From: Chrysomallon squamiferum
Lineage: Eukaryota > Animalia > Mollusca
DNA length: 64,000 bases
Direction of reading: 5' to 3'
Assembly (NCBI GenBank): GCA_012295275.1
Contig: CM022669.1
Coordinates: forward strand, 5,332,001 to 5,396,000
The notes under the pieces: model-generated
What the model was told of the DNA's origin: nothing
Database searches by the model: none
Seen by the model: the letters and a program-made list of their open reading frames with translations, nothing else
Program-made: the position numbers and the translations under genes
Shown: in pieces, positions 41,601 to 56,059 of the stretch
Layout: each line of letters begins with the position of its first letter
Numbering within the stretch: the first letter of the stretch is position 1

Positions 41601-42112
41601 AAGTGATAAACAAAAAACATGTCACAGATCTGTCGTGGAGAATTAAACAAGAGAAAACAAAAATAAACAAAAATAACATTTACAAAATGCATCTAAAATA
41701 AATATATAAATAAATAAATATAAGCAAAGCAATATAACATACATACATAAATACATAAATAGAAAAGAAAAACAATATAGAAACACACATACACATATAT
41801 ATACATATACATATACATTTTTTTGTGTGTATCTATATAATTATATTTCTATAATAGCTTTTCTATTTATATATATATTGTATATATGTATGTGTTTATT
41901 TGTGTGATATGTGTGTGTGTGTATAAGTGTATGTGTGTGTGTGTATGTGTGGGTGTAAAGATAATACCATATTACTAATAAATTCACTTTCACCGAACTG
42001 AAAACAGTTATCAAACACTAACAGTATTAACACTATTGCATGCTAACATATCAACGATATTGTATTTATATTAATAGCACAGTGATAAAGTCAAACAATG
42101 TTCTGTAAAAAG

Positions 42113-42667
42113 TTAGTAACAAAGCGTGGTATAGGCCTGGCTGACTTGACCCATTTCGTTGTACAGACCGCAATTCCAATTCTGCTCAGACGGCATCTGT
42201 GCAGGTACGTTCATCGGAAGCAGCGACATCTGAGACGACGGCATTTGGCCTGTGTACAGCATCTGTGCAGGAGCCGAGTAGATGTGACTGGGGTACATGA
42301 CAGGCGTACTCGAGTAGCAGGGAAAGTTCATCGAGGCCGCGACGGTCGAGTGGGTCATGGGTACATAGCCCAAATTTTTCCTGTACTCGGAAGAGATGTT
42401 GGCAACGCTGATGTCCTTCATGGAACTTTTGCGTGCACGGCGACGAGCATGTCGACGTCGGAAGTCGCCTTTGGCGAAGTCGTTTTCGCAAGCTGGATGA
42501 ACGGACCAATAGTTTCCCTTACCGTTTTCCGCCCGCCCGCTTTTGATGAAACATTCGTTCAGCGAGAGATTGTGACGTATGCTGTTTTTCCATGCCTTGC
42601 TTTTGTCGTTGAAGTATGGAAAGGTGTCGCTGATGTATTGGTAGATGTCGCCTAGCAACATCTTCTT
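42113..42667 (-). CDS. foxQ2: FoxQ2-class transcription factor, copy 4 (5' part hidden in assembly gap)
   Basis: Open from KKMLLGDIY to the stop; the upstream part runs into Ns at 42668. Confidence 0.85.
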   Translation of the reverse strand, partial: KKMLLGDIYQYISDTFPYFNDKSKAWKNSIRHNLSLNECFIKSGRAENGKGNYWSVHPACENDFAKGDFRRRHARRRARKSSMKDISVANISSEYRKNLGYVPMTHSTVAASMNFPCYSSTPVMYPSHIYSAPAQMLYTGQMPSSQMSLLPMNVPAQMPSEQNWNCGLYNEMGQVSQAYTTLCY

Positions 42668-42867
42668 NNNNNNNNNNNNNNNNNNNNNNNNNNNNNNNNN
42701 NNNNNNNNNNNNNNNNNNNNNNNNNNNNNNNNNNNNNNNNNNNNNNNNNNNNNNNNNNNNNNNNNNNNNNNNNNNNNNNNNNNNNNNNNNNNNNNNNNNN
42801 NNNNNNNNNNNNNNNNNNNNNNNNNNNNNNNNNNNNNNNNNNNNNNNNNNNNNNNNNNNNNNNNNNN
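42668..42867. other. Assembly gap (200 N)
   Basis: Run of N; a round 200 suggests a scaffolding placeholder of unknown true size. Confidence 0.99.
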
Positions 42868-43755
42868 TTCGTTCAGTTTTACGTATTGCTGATATGTTGC
42901 TTTGTTTTACATTTCATGCGTAATGAATGAACAGTGTCATTATTATACAATGAAACTTTATGAGAAGTGAACGGAATTTGCTTCAATTAACATGTTTAGT
43001 GAATTATTTCTGGACATGATAGTGTAAAACTGTAGCAAACAGTATCATTGTTTGGTTCTTGTTTCACAAATATGTTTATGAACAACACTGAAAAAGAAAC
43101 AAACAGTCGTGTTTGCAGCAGTGCATCATGGGTATGTGAAGGCTAAAGCAAGGTTAAAGAACAAAACGTAGCTAAGCTGATCATTTGTAAAAGCTGATTC
43201 ATGGCATATACCCACATCCTCACGCTTTGTCCGTTTTGCTGGCGAGTTCGGCAGAAAATTGAAAGAAGGGACTTGCCTTATCGTTAATGATTACTGAGGG
43301 TTAAATATATTTTGTTCATTTGAAATGCGAATTCAAAGTTAAAAATCAAACGAGTTGTAAGGAAAATAAAACAATTACTACAAACATGTTACATCTGAAG
43401 TTAATATTCTTTGTTCCACAAGGTGTGGCATTATGTGTTTTAATAATTGTGGAATAATTGTCTATATTTTGGCGGTTCATGGGTTGTCGAAAAAAGTAGT
43501 CATAATAAATAATCGATTTAAAGAAATATATGTATTTTTAATTTTCACAGACATACTAATGAACAGTAGAGCAGTTCAGACGAAGCCTTGCTTACATAGT
43601 GAGAAAATACATTTTACTACTTGTTTCTAATTTATAATTTCATGGAATAATCTGCGAAAACTATTTTAATACAAAAATGGCGGATTGACGTACCAACAAT
43701 TTATGCGCCATGCTGGGGACACGCGATTTTCTAGGTTTCTGAACCAATGAGTAAC

Positions 43756-43808
<53 letters not shown>

Positions 43809-44458
43809 GTAGTCTGAACACATTTTTAAATTGGTGTAACATAAAAAACGCACAAAAATATCGAAAAAATTATCTTACTCGTTTCAACACTAAAGCTAGA
43901 CATAGACTACTCTTCAAAGCAACATAATGAAACTGTCCATACAGCTTTCACAGTTATTTTTTCTTGTGAAAAGGTGCGGTTTGATAGAATCTCCTTGTTA
44001 CCATTTCATTTTATTATTTTCCTATATTTCTTTCTCTTTTATTCAAGGAAAAAAATACATTTGAATAGCAACCTATCTAAGACATGAAAAATAGATATGT
44101 CCTTCGTTTTTGTACATACATATACACATACAAACCTTTCAATACACACACACGCACATATATATAAATGAATACAAAAAGAAATAATAATAAACCTGAG
44201 TAATTACTGCAGTATATTTACAACAATCTAACCCAGAACAGTAGTGAGGACTAAATATTCCAGATAACACACCTTCGGCTATTTTCGTGTTAAGCAAATT
44301 AATCGCTGCGGTAGACCGTAAATTAACGATTATAGTCGAATATTAACAGGCTCTAGATGTGCTAATTTGGAACGAAAAGATCAGCAGTTTCATTTAACTC
44401 CGGCCATTCCAATCTTAGCAGGATTAAGCTGATATCTCAAGACATTTAACACTTGTTC

Positions 44459-44506
<48 letters not shown>

Positions 44507-46054
44507 TGTATGTACTGGTTATTTTCTAACTTTTGACATAAAATAGGGTCTTTGTTATTTATTTATTTAACCCAAAATATGTCTGTCTAGCAGTTTTTTG
44601 GACCAGGATAGGTCCTGCCCAAACTGTAAACAATGCTAATCAAATTAGGTTACTTCTAAAAGAAGATGAAGTTTGTAGGTATAAGCGTTATCAATAAGAC
44701 CATGGCCGAGTCTCTATGTTAATATGGTTTTGCTAGGCTGATTCTCTTCCGAAGTCTGTGGGAAATAAACCAACGTAGAGATTTTATTCTAATTACCCCG
44801 TTGTCAAAAAGGAAAAAAAAAATCGGAGGAGGAGAAGAAGGAAAAACAACGACAGAAACGACAATAGGAAAACAAAGATTTGTAAAATAAAAATAAAAAT
44901 TATAAAATAAAATAAAACTATTATTATTATTATTATTATTATTCATATCACCATTGTTATTACTATTATTATTACCATAATCATCATCATCATCGTCATA
45001 ATCATCATCACAATTATTATCATCATTATACATTGTACGATGTTATACGATGTACTTTTATTTGATTAAATGATCGAAAATAAAAAAAAAATAACTGAAA
45101 AAGGAAAAAGAAAATAAGAGAAAGGAGAAGAAGGACAAACAACAACAGAAACGAAAACAATAAAACAAATAAATATAAAATAAAAATAATAAAATAGTAT
45201 AAAATAAAATTATTATTAATATTATTATTATTATTATTATTATAATTATTATTATTATTATTTTTACAATATTAATAACCATCATCATCATCGTCATCAT
45301 TATTATTATCATCATTATAATTATTATTATTATTTTTATCATTATTATTGTAGCCATCATCATTGTTATTATCGTGTTGATTAGTTTTCTCATCATCGTT
45401 TTATAAATTCATAAACGTGATTTTAAAAAACTGTAAGAAAGAAATCAGGACCAAACCTTTCTTCATATTTACCTTGCATTCGTATTTCTTATGGAAGTAT
45501 CTATGTATGTATGTATATGTATGTATGTAGGTATGTATGCATCCGTATGTATATATATATACGTATATATTGTTGTGAATGTGTATCTATATAATCATAT
45601 TTCTTTTCTAATTATAGATATGTATGTGTTTATTTGTGTATTGTGTGTGTGTGTGTATAAGTGTATGTGAGTGTGTATGTGTGTGGGTGTAAATATATTA
45701 GGAATATTACAAACACATTCACTTTCACCCAACTGAAAACAGTTATCAAAGATAATATAATAAATAACAAAACCAGTTTTTTCTTATATATACTTATTGT
45801 GTATTTATTAAATAAAATATTCCCTGACAAATAACATTAAGAAATAACAGGACCAATATTTACAACGTAACAGCAATCAATAACAATAACAAAACAAAAA
45901 TGTGAAATGTTTTCCTTTTCAAAAACAAAAAATATTATTCTCCGATGTCAAAGACTTCACATTAAACACTAACAATATTAACACGATTGCATGCTCACAT
46001 ATCGTATTTATATTAATGGCACAGTGATAAAGTCAAACAATGTTTTGTAAAAAG

Positions 46055-46882
46055 TTAGTAACAAAGCGTGGTATAGGCCTGGCTGACTTGACCCATTTCG
46101 TTGTACAGACCGCAATTCCAATTCTGCTCAGACGGCATCTGTGCAGGTACGTTCATCGGAAGCAGCGACATCTGAGACGACGGCATTTGGCCTGTGTACA
46201 GCATCTGTGCAGGAGCGGAGTAGATGTGACTTGGGTACATGGCAGGCGTACTCGAGTAGCAGGGAAAGTTCATCGAGGCCGCGACGGTCGAGTGGGTCAT
46301 GGGTACATAGCCCAAATTTTTCCTGTACTCGGAAGAGATGTTGGCAACGCTGACGTCCTTCATGGAACTTTTGCGTGCACGGCGACGAGCATGTCGACGT
46401 CGGAAGTCGCCTTTGGCGAAGTCGTTTTCGCAAGCTGGATGAACGGACCAATAGTTTCCCTTACCGTTTTCCGCCCGCCCGCTTTTGATGAAACATTCGT
46501 TCAGCGAGAGATTGTGACGTATGCTGTTTTTCCATGCCTTGCTTTTGTCGTTGAAGTACGGAAAGTTGTCGCTGATGTACTGGTAGATGTCGCCTAGCAA
46601 CATCTTCTTTCTTACATCACTGAGGATTGCCAAGGAAATGAGCGCAATGTACGAATGGTCTGGTTTCGATGAACGCAGATTTTCAAAGTTGTTTGTGGCT
46701 GCTTTGTCAAGAGACATCAGGACGTAACTGATGGGGTCCGAAGTGTCCCCGCTGCTGCTGCCGGAGTCGCTGGTCACGGACAGGGAGTCATTTGAGGAGA
46801 CAGAGTTAAGTGGCAACTCCAAAATATCACGTCTCTGATCATTGGTCTGTCCTGTAAGGAAGTCGATGCTGAAGTTAATCAT
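46055..46882 (-). CDS. foxQ2: FoxQ2-class transcription factor, copy 5 (275 aa)
   Basis: Intact ORF with eh1 and forkhead domain. Confidence 0.93.
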   Translation of the reverse strand: MINFSIDFLTGQTNDQRRDILELPLNSVSSNDSLSVTSDSGSSSGDTSDPISYVLMSLDKAATNNFENLRSSKPDHSYIALISLAILSDVRKKMLLGDIYQYISDNFPYFNDKSKAWKNSIRHNLSLNECFIKSGRAENGKGNYWSVHPACENDFAKGDFRRRHARRRARKSSMKDVSVANISSEYRKNLGYVPMTHSTVAASMNFPCYSSTPAMYPSHIYSAPAQMLYTGQMPSSQMSLLPMNVPAQMPSEQNWNCGLYNEMGQVSQAYTTLCY

Positions 46883-49800
46883 AGCTGGACGATTTTTTCT
46901 TTGAACGCTGAAATCTTCTTTCTTTCGTTCTTTTTAAAATCTTTTCTTGCAGCAGAAATTACAGTAAGTATTATTTGAAACAGTGAATCTGGAAGTGAAG
47001 TGTCTTGGCCACGTCGGCCTTATATAATGATATGTCGTCTCTTTTGATTGGTCGAATATGTCTTCATTCTGATTCGCTGATCGTGGAAATTTTCACAGTT
47101 TGTCGCATGCACATATACATATCTACATACGCACAAAAAACATAATTATTATGCAAAAATCCGTTCATTTCATTTACATTGCATTTGTCTATTGTTATTA
47201 TTATTGTTATTAAATTACTTTTTTCATATACTTTATACGTCAATTCTTTAGAAAAGAGTCTTTGTTTATAAATAAATTGGTTACTTTCTTACTTTTGACC
47301 TAAAATACGTCATTTTCCTGTTAATTATTTATTTAATAAAAATACGTCCTTCTACCAGTCCTTTGTACCTGCAGTAATCAGGATTAAGCCTTCGTTGATA
47401 ATATTTACATTGATACTGTATGTTTTATGCATGTATGTATGTGTGCATGTATATATGTATGCATGCATACGTATGTATATGTATATGTATATATAAGTTT
47501 ATGTGTGTTTCTATATAATCATTTTTTGTTTTTCTTTTCTATTTATGTATATTGTATACATGTATTTATGTATGTACGTTATATTGCTTTGCTTATATTT
47601 ATTTATTTATATATTTATTTTAGATGGCTTTTGTAAATGTTATTTTTGTTTATTTTTGTTTTCTCTTGTTTAATTCTCCACGACATATCTGTGACATGTT
47701 TTTTGTTTATCACTTGAGCGATATGTTACTGTGTTTACATTTTGTAAGTAATGAATGAACAGTGTCATTATTATACAATGAAACTTTACCTGATGTGAAT
47801 GGAGTTTGCTTCAGTTAACATGTTTAGTAAATTATTTCTGGACATGATAGTGTAAAACTGTAGCAAACAGTATCATTGTTTGGTTCTTGTTTCACAAATA
47901 TGTTTATGAACAACACAGAAAAAGAAACAAACAGTCGTGTTTGCAGCAGTGCTTCATGGGTATGTTAAGGCTAATGCAAGGTTAAAAAAAAAAACGTAGC
48001 TAAGCTGATCATTTGTAAAAGTTGATTCATGGCATATATCCACATCCTCACGCTTTGTCCGTTTTGCTGGCGAGTTCGGCAGAAAATTGAAACAAGGGAC
48101 TTGCCTTGTCGTTAATGATTACTGAGGGTTAAATATATTTTGTTCATTTGAAATGCGAATTCAAAGTTAAAAATCAAACGAATAGTAAGGAAAATAAAAC
48201 AATTACTACAAACATGTTACATCTGAAGTTAATATTCTTTGTTCCACAAGGTGTGGCATTATGTGTTTTAATAATTGTGGAATAATTGTCTATATTTTGG
48301 CGGTTTATGGGTTGTCGAAAAAAGTAGTCATAATAAATAATCGATTTAAAGAAATATATGTATTTTTAATTTTCACAGACATACTAATGAACAGTAGAGC
48401 AGTTCAGACGAAGCCTTGCTTATATAGTGAGAAAATACATTTTACTACCTGTTTCTAATTTATAATTTCATGGAATAAACTGCGAAAACTATTTAAATAC
48501 AAAAATGGCGGATTGACGTACCAACAATTTATGCGCCATGCTGGGGACACGCGATTTTCTAGGTTTCTGAACCAACGAGTAACGTGTATGTATATATATA
48601 TATATATATATAAACCGTATTCTGAACACATTTTTATATGGGTGTAATATAAAAAACGCACTAAAATATCGAAAAAATTATCTTACTCGTTTCAACACTA
48701 AAGCTAGACATAGAATACGTTTCCAGGCAACAGAATGAAAAGTGGCCATACACCTTTCACAGTTATTTATTGTTGTGAAAAGGTGCGGTTTGATAGAATC
48801 TTCTTGTTACCATTTCATTTTATTATTTTCCTGTTTTTCTTTCTCTTTTATTCAAGGAAAAATAACTTTGAATAGCAATCTATCTGACACATTAAAAATA
48901 AATTTGTCCTTCGTTTTTGTACATACTTACACATATACAAACATTCTAATATACACATAAATATATATATACATTATTATTTACTTACATACACACATAC
49001 ATACATTCATACACACATACAGATACATACATTTTGAGAAATATATATATGCAGTGTGTTTGTGTGTGAATGTGTGTGTGTATGTATGTATGTTTATATA
49101 TATATATATATATATTGCTGTAACAAGGTACTGTATGATATCTTTCATGACATAATATAATCATCGTTAATTAGTCTCAGTTAAAAGTTTCTACCTGTTC
49201 TAATTAACTGGTGCCAATGTTCCCATGCATGTCAGAAGAACAAACACAGGTGCTTATACATCTACTCAGAATTCAGATCCTATTAAAAGAAGTAGTAACT
49301 GTAGTTGTAGTGGTGGAGATGGTAGTAAGTTTTTTTTTTTTTTGTTTTAGCAAATATAACAAAGGTAGCAGTTTTAGTAGTAATAGTAGTCGTAGCAATA
49401 GCAGTTCTAATAGCAGCAGCGGTAGCAATAATACCAGTACGAGCTGTAATGCTAGTAGTTTTAATACTACTAGTAATAGAAGTAATACTAGTAATTGTAG
49501 TATAGTAGAATCAGCATCAGTGGTAGTATTAGTAGTGGTAGTAGTAGTAATAGTAGCAGTTGTAGTAAAAGCAGCAGCAATAACCGTTGATGTTGTAAGA
49601 GCTCATTTTTGAATGAATGGACCAAAGTGCCTTTTTATAAAAAGAAAAAACAGAAAGGAAAAACAAAAAAAAAAAAAATAAAATAAAAAAATCTCAGTAA
49701 CTACTGCTGTATGTTAACAACAATCTCACCCACAACAGTAGTCGGGACTAAATGTTCCAGATAACACACCTTCGACTATTTTCGTGTCATGCACATTAAT

Positions 49801-50871
49801 CGCTGCTGGAGACCGTAAATTAAAGATCATTGCCGAATATTAACAGGCTTTAGATGGGCTAATTTGGAACGAAAAGATCAGCAGTTTCGTTTAACTCCGG
49901 CCATTCTAATCTTAGCAGCAGTAAACTGATATGTATATATTGGTTACTTTCTTACTTTTGACCTAAAATAGGGTCTGTGTTATTTATTTATTTAACCCAA
50001 AATATATCCGTCTAGCAGTTCTTTGGACCTGCAGTTATCCTGCCCAAACAATAAACAATGCTAATCAAATTAGGTTACTTCTAAAAAAAAAAGTAAAATT
50101 ACTTCTAAAGCCAGCCGGACTTTGTAGGTATAAGCGTTATCAATACGACCATGGCCGAGTATCTATGTTAATAGCGTTTCGCTAATGACGTCACCTCTAA
50201 CGTCAGTAGATTGATTCTCTTCCGAAGTCTGTGAGATAAACGTGACTTTAAAAAACTGTAAGAAAGAAATCAGGACCAAACCTTTCTTCATATTTACCTT
50301 GCAATTGTATTTCTTATGCAAGTATGTATGTATGTATGCATCAGTATGTATACGTATTCGTATATATTGTTGTGTGTGTGTATCTATATAATCATATTTC
50401 TATAATAGCTTTTCTATATATATATATTGTATATATGTATGTGCTTATTTGTGTAATGTGTGTGTGTGTGTGTATAAGTGTATGTGTGTGTGTGTATGTG
50501 TGGGTGTAAAGATAATAGCCATATTACTAATACATTCACTTTCACCGAACTGAAAACAGTTATGAAACATAATCTAATAAATAACAAAACCAGTTTTCTT
50601 CTTATTCAGTATTTATTAAATAAAATATTCCCTGACAAATAACATAAAGAAATAACAGGAAAAATATTTACAATGTAACAGAGATCAATAACAATAACAA
50701 AACAAAAATGTGAAATGTTTTCCTTTTCGAAAACAAAACATATTATTCTCCGATGTCAAAGACTTCACAACAAACACTAACAGTATTAACACTATTGCAT
50801 GCTAACATATCAACGATATTTTATTTACATTAATGGCACAGTGATAAAGTCAAACAATGTTCTGTAAAAAG

Positions 50872-51699
50872 TTAGTAACAAAGCGTGGTATAGGCCTGGC
50901 TGACTTGACCCATTTCGTTGTACAGACCGCAATTCCAATTCTGCTCAGACGGCATCTGTGCAGGTACGTTCATCGGAAGCAGCGACATCTGAGACGACGG
51001 CATTTGGCCTGTGTACAGCATCTGTGCAGGAGCCGAGTAGATGTGACTGGGGTACATGGCAGGCGTACTCGAGTAGCAGGGAAAGTTTATCGAGGCCGCG
51101 ACGGTCGAGTGGGTCATGGGTACATAGCCCAAATTTTTCCTGTACTCGGAAGAGATGTTGGCAACGCTGACGTCCTTCATGGAACTTTTGCGTGCACGGC
51201 GACGAGCATGTCGACGTCGGAAGTCGCCTTTGGCGAAGTCGTTTTCGCAAGCTGGATGAACGGACCAATAGTTTCCCTTACCGTTTTCCGCCCGCCCGCT
51301 TTTGATGAAACATTCGTTCAGCGAGAGATTGTGACGTATGCTGTTTTTCCATGCCTTGCTTTTGTCGTTGAAGTACGGAAAGTTGTCGCTGATGTACTGG
51401 TAGATGTCGCCTAGCAACATCTTCTTTCTTACATCACTGAGGATTGCCAAGGAAATGAGCGCAATGTACGAATGGTCTGGTTTCGATGAACGCAGATTTT
51501 CAAAGTTATTTGTAGCTGCTTTGTCAAGAGACATCAGGACGTAACTGATGGGGTCCGAAGTGTCCCCGCTGCTGCTGCCGGAGTCGCTGGTCACGGACAG
51601 GGACTCATTTGAGGAGACAGAGTTAAGTGGCAACTCCAAAATATCACGTCTCTGATCATTGGTCTGTCCTGTAAGGAAGTCGATGCTGAAGTTAATCAT
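50872..51699 (-). CDS. foxQ2: FoxQ2-class transcription factor, copy 6 (275 aa)
   Basis: Intact ORF; translated sequence appears identical to copy 3. Confidence 0.93.
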   Translation of the reverse strand: MINFSIDFLTGQTNDQRRDILELPLNSVSSNESLSVTSDSGSSSGDTSDPISYVLMSLDKAATNNFENLRSSKPDHSYIALISLAILSDVRKKMLLGDIYQYISDNFPYFNDKSKAWKNSIRHNLSLNECFIKSGRAENGKGNYWSVHPACENDFAKGDFRRRHARRRARKSSMKDVSVANISSEYRKNLGYVPMTHSTVAASINFPCYSSTPAMYPSHIYSAPAQMLYTGQMPSSQMSLLPMNVPAQMPSEQNWNCGLYNEMGQVSQAYTTLCY

Positions 51700-53524
51700 A
51701 GCTGGACGATTTTTTCTTTGAACGCTGAAATCTTCTTTCTTTCGTTCTTTTTAAAATCTTTTCTTGCAGCAGAAATTACAGTAAGTATTATTTGAAACAG
51801 TGAATCTTGAAAATGAAATGTTAACGTGCTAATCAGAGCCACGTCGGCCTTATATAATGATATGTCGTCTCTTTTGATTGGTCGAATATGGTCGAATATT
51901 CTTCATTCTGATTGGCTGATCGTGGAAATTTTCACAGTTTGTCGCATGCACATATACATATCTACATACGCACAAAAAACATAATTATTATGCAAAAATT
52001 CGTTCATTTCATTTACATTGCATTTGTCTATTGTTATTATTATTGTTATTAAATTACTTTTTTCATATACTTTATACGTCAATTCTTTAGATAAGAGTCT
52101 TTGTTTATAATTAAATTGGTTACTTTCTTACTTTTGACCTAAAATACGTCATTTTCCTCTTAATTATTTATTTAATAAAAATATACGTCCTTCTTCCAGT
52201 TGTTTGTACCAGTCCTTTGTAGTGCCAAAGTAATCAGGATTAAGCCTTCGTTGATAATATTTATCATTGATACTGTATGTTTTATTTTTATCATAATGTG
52301 TGCATGTATATATGCTTCATACGCCTTATGCAAATTTATTATATAATTTCTTAAATGGAATTTTAAAATACTATAAGAATGAAATCAGGATTAAGCCTTC
52401 GTTGATATATTTATATTGATACTGTATGTTTTATGCATGTATTTGCTATATATGTATCATTTTTTGTATATGTTTTTGTTTTTCTATTTATTTTTGTTTT
52501 TCTTTTCTATTTATGTATGTATGTATTTATGTATGTACGTTGTATTGCTTTGCTTTATATTTATTTATTTATATATTTATTTGAGATGGCTTTTGTAAAT
52601 GTTATTTTTGTTTATTTTTTTTTCTCTTGTTTAATTCTCCACGACATATCTGTGACATGTTTTTTGTTTATCACTTGAGCGATATGTTACTGTGTTTACA
52701 TTTTGTAAGTAATGAATGAACAGTGTCTTTATTATGCAATGGAACTTTACGGGATGTGAATGGAGTTTGCTTCAGTTAACATGTTTAGTGAATTATTTCT
52801 GGACATGATAGCGTAAAACTGTAGCAAACAGTATCATTGTTTGGTTCTTGTTTCACAAATATGTTTATGAACAACACAGAAAAAGAAACAAACAGTCGTG
52901 TTTGCAGCAGTGCATCATGGGTATGTTAAGGCTAATGCAAGGTTAAAAAACAAAACGTAGATAAGCTGATCATTTGTAAAAGCTGATTCATGGCATATAC
53001 CCACATCCTCACGCTTTGTCCGTTTTGCTGGCGAGTTCGGCAGAAAATGATTGAAAATGATTACTGAGGGTTAAATATATTTTGTTCATTTGAAATGCGA
53101 ATTCAAAGTTAAAAATCAAACGAATAGTAAGGACAATAAAACAATTACTACAAACATGTTACATTTGAAGTTAATATTCTTTGTTCCACAAGGTGTGGCA
53201 TTATGTGTTTAATAATTGTGGAATAATTGTCTATATTTTGGCGGTTTATGGGTTGTCGAAAAAAGTAGTCATAATAAATAATCGATTTAAAGAAATATAT
53301 GTATTTTTAATTTTCACAGACATACTAATGAACAGTAGAGCAGTTCAGACGAAGCCTTGCTTATATAGTGAGAAAATACATTTTACTACCTGTTTCTAAT
53401 TTATAATTTCATGGAATAAACTGCGAAAACTATTTAAATACAAAAATGGCGGATTGACGTACCAACAATTTATGCGCCATGCTGGGGACACGCGATTTTC
53501 TAGGTTTCTGAACCAACGAGTAAC

Positions 53525-53559
<35 letters not shown>

Positions 53560-56059
53560 GTATTCTGAACACATTTTTAAATGGGTGTAATATAAAAAAC
53601 GCACAAAAATATCGAAAAAATTATCTTACTCGTTTCAACACTAAAGCTAGACATAGAATACGTTTCCAGGCAACAGAATGAAAAGTGGCCATACCCCTTT
53701 CACAGTTATTTATTGTTGTGAAAAGGTGCGGTTTGATAGAATCTTCTTGTTACCATTTCATTTTATTATTTTCCTGTTTTTCTTTCTCTTTTATTCAAGG
53801 AAAAGTAACTTTGAATAGCAATCTATCTGACACATTAAAAATAAATTTGTCCTTCGTTTTTGTACATACTTACACATATACAAACATTCTAATATACACA
53901 TAAATATATATATACATTATTATTTACTTACATACACACATACATACATTCATACACACATACAGATACATACATTTTGAGAAATATATATATGCAGTGT
54001 GTTTGTGTGTGAATGTGTGTGTGTATGTATGTATGTTTATATATATATATATATATATTGCTGTAACATTGTACTGTATGATATCTTTCATGAAATAATT
54101 ATAATCATCATTAATTATTCTTAGTTAAAAGTTTCTACCTGTTCTAATTAACTGGTGCCAATGTTCCCACGCATGTCAGAAGAACAAACACAGGTGCTTA
54201 TACATCTACTCAGAATTCAGATCCTATTAAAAGAAGTAGTAACTGTAGTTGTAGTGGTCGAGATGGTAGTAAGTTTATTTTTTATTTTTTGTTTTAGCAA
54301 ATATAACAAAGGTAGCAGTTTTAGTAGTAATAGTAGTCGTAGCAATAGCAGTTCTAATAGCAGCAGCGGTAGCAATAATACCAGTACGAGCTGTAATGCT
54401 AGTAGTTTTAATACTACTAGTAATAGAAGTAATACTAGTAATTGTAGTATAGTAGCATCAGCATCAGTGGTAGTATTAGTAGTGGTAGTAGTAGTAATAG
54501 TAGCAGTTGTAGTAAAAGCAGCAGCAATAACCGTTGATGTTGTAAGAGCTCATTTTTGAATGAATGGACCAAAGTGCCTTTTTATAAAAAGAAAAAACAG
54601 AAAGGAAAAACCAAAAAAAAAAAAAAATAAAATAAAAAAATCCCTCAGTAATTACTGCTGTATGTTAACAACAATCTCACCCACAACAGTAGTCGGGACT
54701 AAATGTTCCAGATAACACACCTTCGACTATTTTCGTGTCATGCACATTAATCGCTGCTGGAGACCGTAAATTAAAGATCATTGCCGAATATTAACAGGCT
54801 TTAGATGGGCTAATTTGGAACGAAAAAAGATCAGCAGTTTCGTTTAACTCCGGCCATTCTAATCTTAGCAGCATTAAACTGATATGTCATATAAAATAAA
54901 AATTATAAAATGCTTTGTTTTTTTGACCTAAAATAGGGTCTGTGTTATTTTTATTTATTCCGTTTATATATATCCGTTAGGTTATTCTAAAAGTTTGTAG
55001 GTTTGGACCTGCATTTATCCTGATGTTATAAAAAAACAATAAACAATTCGCTAATAATCAAAAACAAAATAAAAAAAAATAAAATAAATTCGCCAGACTT
55101 TGTAGGTCATTCAGGCGTTATCAAACACAAACAATTTGAAAAAACAAAACAAAAATAAACAAAAAAAAAAGGAAAATAAAATAAAAAAAAAAAAATAAAA
55201 AAATAAAATAAAATAAAAATAAAAATGAAATAAAATAAAAAATATTATTATTATTATTGTTACAATAATAATCACGATCATCATCATCGTCATCATTATT
55301 ATTATCATCATTATAATTATTATTATTATTTTTATCATTATTATTGTAGACATCATCATTGTTATTATCGTGTTGATTAGTTTTATCATCATCGTTTTAT
55401 AAATTCATAAACGTGATTTTAAAAAACTGTAAGAAAGAAATCAGGACCAAACCTTTCTTCATATTTACCTTGCATTTGTATTTCTTATGGAAGTATCTAT
55501 GTATGTATGTATGTAGGTATGTATGTAGGTATGTATGCATCCGTATGTATATATATACGTATATATTGTTGTGAATGTGTATCTATATAATCATATTTCT
55601 ATATTTTCTTTTCTAATTATAGATATGTATGTGTTTATTTGTGTATTGTGTGTGTGTGTGTATAAGTGTATGTGAGTGTGTGTGTGTGTGTGGTAAATAT
55701 ATTAGGAATATTACAAACACATTCACTTTCACCCAACTGAAAACAGTTATCAAAGATAATATAATAAATAACAAAACCAGTTTTTCTTATATATATACTT
55801 ATTGTGTATTTATTAAATAAAATATTCCCTGACAAATAACATTAAGAAATAAGAGGACCAATATTTACAACGTAACAGCAATCAATAACAATAACAAAAC
55901 AAAAATGTGAAATGTTTTCCTTTTCAAAAACAAAAAATATTATTCTCCGATGTCAAAGACTTCACATTAAACACTAACAATATTAACACTATTGCATGCT
56001 CACATATCGTATTTATATTAATGGCACAGTGATAAAGTCAAACAATGTTTTGTAAAAAG

